From positions 29,078,001 through 29,142,000 of the forward strand of contig OZ024743.1 in the NCBI GenBank assembly GCA_964016885.1: a stretch of 64,000 nt of DNA, given 5' to 3'. Under the pieces are notes generated by a model. It saw only the letters and a list, made by a program, of their open reading frames with translations, was not told where the DNA came from and did not search any database. The DNA comes from Eledone cirrhosa. Its lineage: Eukaryota. Of the stretch, positions 52,131 to 64,000 are shown one piece after another. Made by a program: the position numbers and the translations under genes. How positions within the stretch are numbered: position 1 is the stretch's first letter; each line of letters begins with the position of its first letter.

Positions 52131-52287
52131 TTATATGTGAGTGTGTATTTTTATTAAGGTGGTGACGTAACTTTTTGTAGATATGTGTGTGTGTATATGT
52201 GTATTTTTATATATTATGTTTGTGTGTGTATATATGTAATAGCCTCAGAAACGACTTGAGTTCTGCCGTCGGGGTCATACTTTTTCC

Positions 52288-52334
<47 letters not shown>

Positions 52335-52710
52335 GTGTGTGTGTGTGTATGTATATGCATAATTACATACAGAGTGATTTAATGCTTATTTTTATTGATT
52401 ATTTGCTCCAGGAATTTGTTGAGTTCTCTAATTCAGCTATAAACATTTATACACTTATCTATTTATTTATTTATTTATTATTTGCCGTATTCCCAACTAT
52501 TTGTTTACCCCTTTCACCTTTTAATTTTTATTTTTATATATATATATAATATTTATGTATTTTCTTGTATATATATATATACATGTGTGTGTGTATATAT
52601 GTGTATATTATTTAAGAGTTAAACAAGGTTCAATGAATACATCTAAGAATGAGTTTTTCACACATACATGTGTGTGTATGTATTTATATGTATGTGTGTG
52701 TGTATATGTA

Positions 52711-52746
<36 letters not shown>

Positions 52747-53351
52747 TGCATGTATATGTATATATATGTATATATATATATATATGTATATATATGTATG
52801 TATGCATGTATATGTGTATGTAATTGTATGTGTATATGTATGTATATGTGTGTGTATGAATTTATTTATATGTATGTATGTGTATGTGTAATTGTGTGTA
52901 TTGCTTACCACGTGTGTTTGTTCATTTATTTATCTCCTGTATCGCTGTCAAATTTATAATAATAATTTTTTACATTTATTTTTTAAAAATTCTTATGTGA
53001 CGGCCTATGTTCGTCTATTATATTTTTTGTGTGTGTGCGTATGTAGGTGTGTGTACATGTATCTATATTTGTGTGTGCGTATGTATGCGTGTATATATGT
53101 GTGTATGTATGTGTGCGTATGTACGTGTGTATGTGTATGATTGTGTGTGTATATGTATATATATATACATGTGTGTGTTTGTGTATTTGTGCGTATGTGT
53201 ATGTATGGATATGTGGATATATATGTGTGTATGTATATGTATGTGTATTTGTACGTATATGTATGTGTGTATGTATGTATCTATATATATGTATATATAT
53301 ATATATTTATATATATGTATATTTATATGTATGTATATGTATGTGTGTATG

Positions 53352-53440
<89 letters not shown>

Positions 53441-53624
53441 ATTTTTCCTTTCCTTCTCCCTTTTCCAGCCTCACTTTCATATAGATTCTATTTTTGTTTT
53501 TAAAATCCAATGTCAATAAATACACCAGCATTTTTTCATTCTGATGATTGAAAGCAAAATTTGGTGCTTTCAAGAAACCACTGGTAAATGAAATAATTAA
53601 CTTATGTTGTTTATTACATAACTA
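50441..53624 (+). mobile_element. 5'-truncated Hydra-like PLE (same family as 34272) with inverted 3' tip, about 2-kb microsatellite-rich 3' UTR and pLTR
   Basis: 50496-51480 aligns with 35178-36165; CSCRKPDECPLQGKC..VVYEAKV..FKPRFYAH. 50441-50495 is the reverse complement of 44704-44758. Confidence 0.9.
53534..53593 (+). ncRNA. Type I hammerhead (GUA)
   Basis: TTTCATT CTGATGA TTGAAAGCA AAATTTGG TGCTTTCAA GAAAC CACTG GTA AATGAAA. Confidence 0.9.
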
Positions 53625-53637
53625 TATATACATATAT

Positions 53638-54440
<803 letters not shown>

Positions 54441-54689
54441 ATACATTAACGGAGCCATAGACTCTCACCGTTCCCTGTAAATAATGTGCTCAAAGGAGAG
54501 GAATTCCTTAGATCTTTAAAATACAATATGTTGAAAAGGTAACACACTAGAGAGAGATACAGTGCGCTATCAATAAAACAGGGAAAAACCACCAGTGTAT
54601 GGAATCTATAACCTATGAGAGGCGGACTATAGACACGATAATTAAAAATATAAATTAAACCGTAAATAAATACCTCTATAGCTATATAA

Positions 54690-54767
54690 CACACGTACAA
54701 ATCCAAAGTGATCTGTTTCGCCAGTAAGTTGTTGACAGAAATGAAATAACCCAGATTCATCAGCGTG

Positions 54768-54769
<2 letters not shown>
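54690..54769 (-). ncRNA. Hammerhead-like motif in a (TA)n-bounded module (54437-54770)
   Basis: TACACG CTGATGA [weak stem II] GAAAC AGATC ACTTTG GATTT GTA CGTGTG. Confidence 0.6.
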
Positions 54770-54811
<42 letters not shown>

Positions 54812-54816
<5 letters not shown>

Positions 54817-56676
54817 ATACTTGGGGAGGGTCATAATTGTGTAATATTGCCAGAATTAATAACAGAACACACTCACTGTTGGGCTGGTTTTCGCTTTTCG
54901 CTTCTGTGTCTTTTATATCGGTAACCTAATTTATTCGGTCCTCAATGTTACAATTGACTGACCAACGGTCAAAAATAATACAGATACAATATAGACACAA
55001 ACACATATATATAGTTTATCAAAGTTCTTTCGTTGCACATCTGCAACATCGTCAGTCGTGCTATTGTTTCCTCCAGTTGCATTGTATTTTCTACGCCATC
55101 TTTATTTAGTCTGTTTATATATTTATTTATTTGTTTATTTCATTTTGTCTTCTTTGCGCATGCGTTTGCGTGTGTGTATAGTGTTTTGTTTGATGTGTGT
55201 TCGTGATTGGGTGACTGTGTATTGGTTAATGTATTCTATCTTTATTAGTGTGTGTTTATATGTGTTTGTTGTTATTGTGCTTGTGTATGTATTTATTTAT
55301 TTATTTATCTATTTATTTATACTTCTCTTAGGTCAGTGTTGTTTGTTTGGGTGTTGTTGTTATTCCATTCATTCTTTCTGTTTAGCCTTGGCCCTCTAAG
55401 TTCTATTTCACTGGCCTCTCTGATTTGCCTATCTGCTGGGTCATTTCTATGTTTAGATATTATTCTAATTTCTATGTTGTCTATGTTACTGTCGTGTTGT
55501 TGTCTGGCATGTTCGTATAGTACTGAACCGTTTTTTCGTCCTTTTAGTTCCCCCACTGTACTAATAGGAAATGTATCATATGTAAGGTAAACCCCCGGAT
55601 AAACTGTAAAACTATAAACGTAGTCTATAGCATAAGATGTACAGAGGGTACTTGCAGAAACATGACAACAACACACATAGGCGAGACAGCTCGTAGCATA
55701 GGTGAAAGGATAGACCAACATTGGGGGGAACTAAAAGGACGAAAAAACGGTTCCGACTATACGAACATGCCAGACAACAACACGACGGTAACATAGACAA
55801 CATAGAAATTAGAATAATATCTAAACATAGAAATGACCCAGCAGATAGGCAAATCAGAGAGGCCAGTGAAATAGAACTTAGAAGGCCAAGGCTAAACAGA
55901 AAGAATGAATGGAATAACAACAACACCCAAACAAACAACACTGACCTAAGAGAAGTATAAATAAATAGATAAATAAATAAATAAATACATACACAAGCAC
56001 AATAACAACAAACACATATAAACACACACTAATAAAGATAGAATACATTAACCAATACACAGTCACCCAATCACGAACACACATCAAACAAAACACTATA
56101 CACACACGCAAACGCATGCGCAAAGAAGACAAAATAAAATAAACAAATAAATAAATATATAAACAGACTAAATAAAGATGGCGTAGAAAATACAATACAA
56201 CTGGAGGAAACAATAGCACCACTGACTATGTTGCAGATGTTGCGATGTATGCGGCTAGTGGTGTTTTGAAAAGCTGGTGTACGTAGGCTTCCTGGTAAGC
56301 GGATGTTCCTGATGGTGTTGGGGATGACATCGATTTTTAGGCAGCGTTTCAGGAAAATAATTTGACAGCCAGCATTGGCCCATTTCTCCGACAGTCTAAA
56401 CAGTATCCTTACGGATGCAAACAATTCCTGGCTCAGGTGTAAGGATAAGAGAGTATTGAAGTTTGCTTGAAGCATTGTGGAATAATAAGATATATTTTCT
56501 TTAGGTCGTTTTGGAAGCCTCAACAATGCAGATGGGTAATTCTCCGGGTAACAATATCCGGTGGTGAAGAGAGAGATGTAAGTGAATGTAGAACAACACA
56601 ATCGGTTCAGTATATGGAACGGAAATATTAGGTTAAGGCTTGATATAGCAAGAAGAGGGTTTTAACGTTTCGGACA

Positions 56677-56677
<1 letters not shown>
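54812..56677 (-). mobile_element. Rearranged Penelope-like element (non-Hydra type): EN C-terminus in an inverted repeat plus ORF N-terminus
   Basis: YEHARQQH..RQIREASEI..PRLNRKNEW on both strands (arms about 55038-55553 and 55723-56239). Minus-strand MLQANF..IIFLKRCLKIDVIP resembles PLE N-termini. Confidence 0.7.
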
Positions 56678-56743
<66 letters not shown>

Positions 56744-56751
56744 CACACACG

Positions 56752-56845
<94 letters not shown>

Positions 56846-57161
56846 TATATTATAAAGAGTCTGGAAAAAGCTGTTGAGACGGCCAGAACTCAACCGTCGG
56901 GGTCCCGGCTCTTTATAATATAGCCATACGCTACTGCCATAAGTATCAAGTACTCTGTTGAGTTATAGTCTAACCAGTTTCAAACTGCATCCATCCTGAT
57001 TTACACACACACACACACACGCACTTTCCACCTAAGATATATAGAGAAAGTTCCAGATCCTTGAAATGAGATACTGCTATTACGATAGCATGACAAACAA
57101 GCAGGCACGTAACCATGTAATCGCCAAGACCCGATGTCTGATATGCAACAACATATGGAAA

Positions 57162-57337
57162 ATTATTGTTTCTACTTTTGGCACAAGGCCAGCAATTATC
57201 TCAATGCATTACTGGTACTTTATTTTATCGACCCCGTAAAGATGAAAGGCAAAGTTAACCTCGGCGTGATTTGAACTCAGACCGTAACTCTATGCTGCTA
57301 AGCATGGTGTCAATCCTCTAGCGATACTGCCAATCCA
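57162..57337 (-). mobile_element. SINE, same family (3' fragment also at about 57695-57751)
   Basis: Matches consensus. Confidence 0.88.
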
Positions 57338-57995
57338 CGGTATACAGATGGTCACATCTCACCGCTACGTGTCCATCACAAGTCTGGCACTGAAGGAAGG
57401 ATGAATATATATAATCTTAAAGATTAGCTATGGTAAGGTATGCACTTGGATATTTAGAGCCCTACGCTAGCCCTAGAGTCTTCGCCCTCTTCTCCAAATT
57501 ATGCGCTCAATCCTCCGAAATAAAATATTTTCATTATACAGTTTGAGAGAGCTAACAAATCTAGTTTTTGGAACTTCTTTCTCTGGCCATCCTCACCCAC
57601 ACCAAATCATGTGACAGGTCATAACACAAACAACCCTCTTCACATCTTTACTGATTTATTTATTGATCGCAGAAAATCATTACATATTTCACTTAATAAT
57701 TGTTTCTACTTTTGGCACAAGGCCAGCAATTATCTCAGTGCATTACCGGTACGGATATTTCCCGTAAGGATATTTCAGTGTATTACCCGTAAGGATATTT
57801 CAGTTAATAATACAAATTTGTATAAAATTATGATCCATTAAAGTTCAGTAATGTCCGTCAATGAGATCTGCTTCCTAAGCGACTGCCTCACTCGCTCTGA
57901 CCGATCGACAACATCCCAGACCTCATTCGCTTGCCGAGTGGGATGTACCTCGGGCTCGTCGGTTCGTGTTGCTTGTCACGTGTGCTCATATTTTG

Positions 57996-58046
<51 letters not shown>

Positions 58047-58050
<4 letters not shown>

Positions 58051-58930
58051 GTGTGTCAGAAAAGATCCAGGACTGATGTCACAAAAGATTTATTTCAAAC
58101 CAAAACTTCTCACTAAGAGTTTTCTCCTTCAAAGTAAAACTCCTGGAGTCTAATGCACTTTTCTATCCTTTTCTGCCACGCTTGCATGCACTCCTGGAAG
58201 GATTCTTCCGGGATCCTCCGCAGTTCCGTCGTCACGGCCTTTTTGATGTCGTCCACGTCTTCAAAACGGGTCCCCTCCGGGTCATACTCGAAGATCCATG
58301 ACTCATCACCGGTGATGACTGTCCCTAGCAAGTCTGGTTCGGTTTCAAGACGCTCGAGGATGTCCTAGCACACTTGCATGCGTCGACCTTTCTGGTCATC
58401 GTTCAGCAGTTTTGGTACCATCTTCGCGCAACTTTCCACATGTCCAAATCTTCAGTGACAATCTTCCAGGCGCTGTCCCGATTCATGCCCAGCTCATTTG
58501 CCATCAATTGAACAGTCAGACGACGATCGCTACGCACCATCTGCCGGACGCGCTCAACGTTGACCTCAGTCCTGGTTGTTGAGGGTCTTCCGCTCCTGGA
58601 GTCATCTTCTACACCCTCGCGTTCTTCTTTAAACCGCTTGCACCACTCAAAAACACGTGAGCGTGACATCGTCTCATCTCTGACGGAGTTTTCCCCAACC
58701 GTACCAGAAACTTCAAGTTTGTTTGTTGCTCTGTGCTCATTGCTTAACGACCTGAAACAGAGGACATATATATAAAATTATGAAGAAAAAAGGTTTATCG
58801 CTGCAGATAGCTAAGATTACAGTTACATACTCCAGGGGGACTACTTTGAAGGAGAAAACTCTTAGTGTGAAGTTTGAGTTTGAAATAAATCTTTTGTGAC
58901 ATCAGTCCTGGAAATTTTCTGACACACCTC

Positions 58931-58931
<1 letters not shown>
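58047..58931 (-). mobile_element. Internally deleted mariner transposon in (TA)n
   Basis: About 100-bp inverted termini beginning YGAGGTGTGTCAGAAAA. SRSRVFEWCKRFK..RSGRPST; ITGDESWIFEYDPE is fused directly to GTRFEDVDDIK. Confidence 0.92.
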
Positions 58932-58964
<33 letters not shown>

Positions 58965-59479
58965 GTGTGTGTGTGTGTATAACGAAGAGGGTGTGGTACG
59001 ATACCAGGTGGATCATAACGCACCAGAGTACTCAATACATAGGGTAGTAGAATGGGTAATAGGAAAACAGTCAGGACCCCGAAAGCTGAGCTTTGGCCGT
59101 TTCGAAACGTCCGGAGCTCAGCCGTCGGGGTCCTGACTCTTATATATATATATATGAATATATATATATGAATGTATGTATTCCTATATATATATAAAAG
59201 AGTCAGATTTACTTTATTCTTTACATCGTATTTTTGTTGAGCTATTTAGTACATTTTTTAAACAAAAGAAGGTGAAAATAAATTTATTTTATTCATCATA
59301 AAATTGTAGTATTTTATTATCTCACATAATATGGAATCTATGAGATTTTGATATTATTTATTTCGAGAACAATACCTGATGTTCTTAGGTCGGAACAGGT
59401 GATTTCGTCCAGGGAAAGAAAGGAAAAGGTGGAAAAAGTGATCAATCGGAACATACCCACTCATGGTGGGTATTTTAAA

Positions 59480-59590
59480 TATCAACCTCGAAAGGATGAA
59501 AGGCAAAGTTGACCTTGGTCGGATTTGATCTTAGAGTGCAGTGAGCCGGGACAAACACTGAGACATTCTTAATGCGATACCTTAACGATA
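59480..59590 (-). mobile_element. Degenerate SINE
   Basis: CGAAAGGATGAAAGGCAAAGTTGACCTTGG..GGATTTGA. Confidence 0.6.
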
Positions 59591-60057
59591 ATTTGCTGTG
59601 TTATATTTAACGGAAAGAAAATTTATTAGCGTTAATGAAACATTTATTCTCAATGTGGGTAAGGGAAAGAACTACCAAATTTCATAGCAATCAAATAAAA
59701 ATTACGCATGGTGGGTGTGCGAGTCGTCTTTGGTAGATTTAGTGACAACTACGGACACACACAGTGCGATGATTTTCTTCCTGCAATGGGTTCCGTCAAA
59801 TTATATATATAAATGAAAACGAAACAAAACTACATATAAATTATGAATTGGAAGGGAATTATCAGCAGTTGTTACTTAGAATGTGCGTAAATGTGGTATA
59901 AAGACCTAGTACTATCAATGTATCCAAGGAGGTGTTATGAGAAAATTAGCAGAAATTAAAACACGTAAACAATTCTTACATGGTTAGAGGGAGATAACTC
60001 TTACACTTTATATGTGGTATGCAGTGTTTTGTTGTTAATAACATAGACAAATAGATA

Positions 60058-61320
60058 TATTTCTTTATTTACCATAAAGGCATAAAAAGAAGGGACAAAG
60101 GGGGAGTTTACATAAAATCGAGTAAAAAGGGTATAAAATGAAAATAATCGAAAACAACCTCAAAAGGGAGGGGACGTGATGGGCCTTGCACACACCCCCG
60201 AAAAAGTTTGCAATCCTTTGCCCAGGGAGCACATGGAGAAGGTGCTCTCCTCTCCTTCACTTCTTTACCTACAGGATGGTATACAGAGAAGGCCCATTTA
60301 CACGAGCCATTCTCGCCACTATCACCCACCTTTCATAAAACTGCCTGTGGCCAAGCACCTCTCTCTCAATTCTTATCCTTCTTCCGAAGTGATATCGGAA
60401 TATCGGAAGAAGTAGACCAGACTATGGCCAGAGAGGAAGTTGCTTGACCTCAGACCTTTCAATCGTGTCCACCAAACAACCTCTTTCAACATGGCTATTA
60501 CGCACAGAAAAACCGCCTTTGCTTCCTCTGTGAAGAGGGGAGGCGGCTTGATTGTCATCACGGACTCGGCGGTCAATCGAATCGGCGCCACCCGCGACAG
60601 CAGTCGTTCGGCGTAGCCCCACAGATCAGCCACGCCCGGACATTGCACCAATGCGTGCGCAACGGTTTCTTCGTGACGCACGCATCTAGGGAAAATCTTT
60701 TTCGAGGGATCCCTGCCCGGGCGCCCGTGTCTGTAGAGCCTCTCTCGAACGGGTAGAGCCCCCCGGTAGCACTGCCAGGCTAGTGACTTCTGGAAGTTGT
60801 CCATTGGTCCCGGGCCGAAAGTCCTACCGAACAGGCTGGCCAGTTCGTCCTCTTCCATGTCCAGCGACTCTCCAAGGGTGTCATCGCCCCTGCTAGCCAC
60901 CAGCCCTCTATAGAATGATGAGGTGGATTCTCCACCGATGGCCTGGCCCGCTTGCCAGAGAGCCCTGAGCGCCTGGGCACACTCAGTGTGCCATTCTCCC
61001 AGTTTTTCGGATCTTTGCTTGACCCAGGACTGCAGCTCGGTGAGCGAGACGAGTCTCTGAAAGGCTCGTTTCACGAACGGAGCCCACACCGGTTGACCAG
61101 TGAGGAATACCTGTAGGTGCCGTAGCCTTAATGCGTGCCTACGCATAATCAACTACGGCATCCCCAGCCCTCCTTTCGAAGGTTGTTGGCAGCAGATGGA
61201 TCTTCTCACCATAGGAGGGCGCTTCTTCCAAAGAAATTGGAAGAGCATGCGTTCCATAGTGGTGAGTGTTTCCTTAGGGCAAGGCACGACAGTCAGGCGG
61301 TAGTAAGTGACGGACGCTAT
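60058..61320 (-). mobile_element. 5'-truncated Tx1/L1-clade LINE with 20-bp TSD
   Basis: ORF 60373-61152 has a zf-RVT-like LAWQCYRGALPVRERL..PRC..EETVAHALVQC. TSD ATAACATAGACAAATAGATA at 60038-60057 and 61321-61340. Confidence 0.88.
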
Positions 61321-61774
61321 ATAACATAGACAAATAGATAAATAGACACATAGCTAGCTAAATGCACTGTTCTAGACTGCAGTAAGAGATGTGTCCCCAT
61401 CACCCTCACACAAACATCAAAACATTAGATTACTTATTAGTGCTTACTTTCCTCTCGCGAATATCTGTAAAATGTGTGCGTGTGTGTGGTATATGTGTGT
61501 GTGCGTTTCTATGTATGTATGTATGTATGTATGTATGTATGTATGTATGTATGTATGTATGTATGTATGTATGTTCTTCTGGTTTTATAATTTCACAAAG
61601 TTTTACCAATAGAGAGAGAGTCGGTTTCTCATTGGAATTTACACAGCATCAACTAGGTAGGTATGTATGCATGCATGTGTAGATATGGATGTTATTGTAT
61701 GTTTGGATGTGTATATTTTGAGTTGTATGTGTGCATGTGTATATGATTTACATCTGTATATGTGTATATGCAGT

Positions 61775-62440
61775 TATTAGATGCAACATTTTTGGAATGT
61801 CTTAGATATTTTTACTGTTCCATTAATGGATTGTATTTGTAATTTCTTAACTAGTTGTGTTCTTTCTGTTCCTGTAGCTTCTCAAGATTTGTATTGAGGC
61901 AGTTCCTGACATATCCCAGTGCCCCAATAATCACAGGCATAAATCTGAAGGTGTAATCAGGGTGGAGTATCTGCAGATTTCTCATCAGTTCTGCATAAAT
62001 GTTCTCCTTTTCACTAATCTTTGATATTATATTAGCATCTGCTGGGCAGCTAATTTCCACTACTGTGCATGGTTTCTTCTCCCTGTCCCATATCATAATA
62101 TCTGGTCTGTTATGCCTGCATTTTATTGGGGTTTTTACTGGAACATTCCACCAGTACTCTTTCATATTATGTACATGGATGTCTTCCACATTGCTGTAGC
62201 TTTTAATGTGTTTATTATCGGCGCTATCTTTTTTACGAACTGCATTGTACAGTGTTTTGGCCACTTCATCATGACTCATAGGTAGATAGTACCGCGATGA
62301 CATCTTTGGACAGCTGCTGATGACATGGGTGATATCCTCGATGTTAGTTCTGCAGAGTCTGCACTTGTTGTCACATCTAGGTGTTTTGCCTGCATCCCTA
62401 TCTGTTTTGTGAATCAGGTATTTCGTGCTAATCTCCTGAT
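61775..62440 (-). mobile_element. R4/Dong-like LINE 3' end (CCHC + restriction-like endonuclease)
   Basis: CRLC...EDITHVISSCP, (R/S)HDEVAK, HNRPDIMIWD...VVEISCP, EKENIY, PVIIGALG. Confidence 0.85.
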
Positions 62441-62458
62441 ATATGTATGTATGTGTGC

Positions 62459-62489
<31 letters not shown>

Positions 62490-62495
<6 letters not shown>

Positions 62496-63200
62496 AAGAG
62501 ATGAAATCGAAAATGCAACTGGAGTCTTATTTTTTTAAAAAATATATATATTTATTTGGTTCCTTTACCGGTTTCGCAGTTCTTCTGCTTTTCAAAAGGT
62601 GAGTTGAGATGGAGGGTCTGTGGTTTTTCTCACATCCGGTTGGTCTCTGAATGTTACTTGTTTTATATGGAAAAAGTGGCTCGAAATGCCAGGTTTTTCG
62701 AGAAGTAATTTGATTGGTTTGTCAATAATTATAATAAATTTCGCGCCAGTTCGCGTTACAATAGTTCTTCAAATAAGAGGGGGGGGGGGGGTGTGTGTCA
62801 CAGGTTGTTTTTTCATATATGAAAAAACAACCTGTGACAAACCGCCCCCTCTTATTTGAAGAACTATTGTAACGCGAACTGGCGCGAAATTTATTATAAT
62901 TATTGACAAACCAATCAAATTACTTCTCGAAAAACCTGGCATTTCGAGCCACTTTTTCCATATAAAACAAGTAACATTCAGAGACCAACCAGATGTGAGA
63001 AAAACCACAGACCCTCCATCTCAACTCACCTTTTAAAAAGCAGAAGAACTGCGAAACCGGTAAAGGAACCAAATAAATATATATATTTAAAAAAAAAAAA
63101 TAAGACTCCAGTTGCATTTTCGATTTCATCTCTTTTTCTTTATACTTTCACTCGTGTAGGACACCTCGGTTATTTTTCATTTTGTAAAAAAAAACCTCAC

Positions 63201-63207
<7 letters not shown>
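62490..63207. mobile_element. Family G fold-back element with longer arms; HHR 62562-62599 (-) and 63029-63066 (+, core mutated)
   Basis: Arms of about 320 bp centred at about 62818. Near-identical to 17538-17889 over the shared part. Confidence 0.8.
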
Positions 63208-63250
<43 letters not shown>

Positions 63251-63253
<3 letters not shown>

Positions 63254-63520
63254 AAAGTTTTATTTAAAATTGTTGGGTTACAACGAGTAAATATTTTATA
63301 ACTGATATAAAAGCACTCAACAGGTTTTGGAGTAGGTTTGCGATATTAAACAAATGGAAACTATATTTATAAAACCATATTTATTTCATTATATATATTT
63401 CAGGGATATCATATTAAAAATATGGTATGCCTTCCTCAGACAAAATACAATATATAAACCGTTTTATAAATAAATTTGACATACCTTAAACATTACAACT
63501 TCCATTTAAAAAGTTGATTT
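63251..63520 (-). mobile_element. Family F pLTR-like element, HHR 63382-63447
   Basis: Homologous to 17065-17330. Core CTGAGGA. May continue into the purine-rich sequence to the window end. Confidence 0.75.
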
Positions 63521-64000
63521 GGTAGTGAAAATGTTAAGGACAGTTAGAAAGAAAGACGAAGAGAAAAAAGAAGGAAAGTGTATAGTGCTAAGGACGAAGA
63601 GAAGAAGAAAGAAAATGTATAGTGCTAAGGACAGTTAGAGAGGAATACGAAGAAGATGAAGAGATGTATGTAAAGAAAAACAACAGAGCGAGATAGAGAG
63701 AGAGAGAGATATGGGAGAGAGAAATATATATTGAGGAAGTGAAAAATGATAGGCAGCTTGTGCACAGATGATCACCGTACAAATGAGAGATTAAGAAGGG
63801 AAGGGGGTACTGTAATTATTTATTTATTTATTTATTTATTTAGTTATAGTGTTAAGGATACGGAGAGAGATAAAGAAAATAAAAATAAATAAAGAGAGGT
63901 ATAGAGAGATATAGGTGGTGGGAGAAACGAGGTAGATCGAGTAATATCTATCATACGAGGTGGGAGAGATACAGTTAAATCAGCCGATACATAAATCATG

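Noticed and set aside
56655-56678. Half-hammerheads (GTCC GAAAC GTT; similar at about 45020-45060, 45375-45395, 36640-36665, 59095-59112)
   Set aside because: The CUGANGA half is missing or truncated, so they cannot be called ribozymes.

Overview
AT-rich animal genomic DNA, probably an octopod cephalopod (inferred from the tRNA-headed Nin/Deu-domain SINE and the repeat mix). It is almost all repeats, with no complete host gene; one candidate first exon lies at 15806-16017 (-). Decayed or truncated mobile elements recognised: RTE, CR1/L2, CRE, R4/Dong and Tx1/L1 LINEs; hAT MITEs; a Helitron-like element; a Chapaev3-like transposon; an internally deleted mariner; many SINE copies; several GIY-YIG Penelope-like elements (PLEs), mostly Hydra-clade-like. 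The main signal is about 30 hammerhead-ribozyme (HHR) motifs, found by eye, in roughly 15-17 sequence families and nearly all in modules bounded by (TA)n. They occur in (i) PLE pseudo-LTRs, (ii) protein-free fold-back hairpins and (iii) four non-coding, terminally redundant units of 450, 467, 557 and 608 bp that look like retrozymes (circular-RNA-derived non-autonomous retroelements). Two of these units share an octamer + TATA-like module upstream of the ribozyme. The units are nested in the microsatellite-rich 3' UTR of one PLE copy. Some HHRs carry a compensatory U3-A8 core, or long stem II/III insertions. All folds and family calls were made by inspection and are not computationally verified; coordinates are approximate to a few bases.
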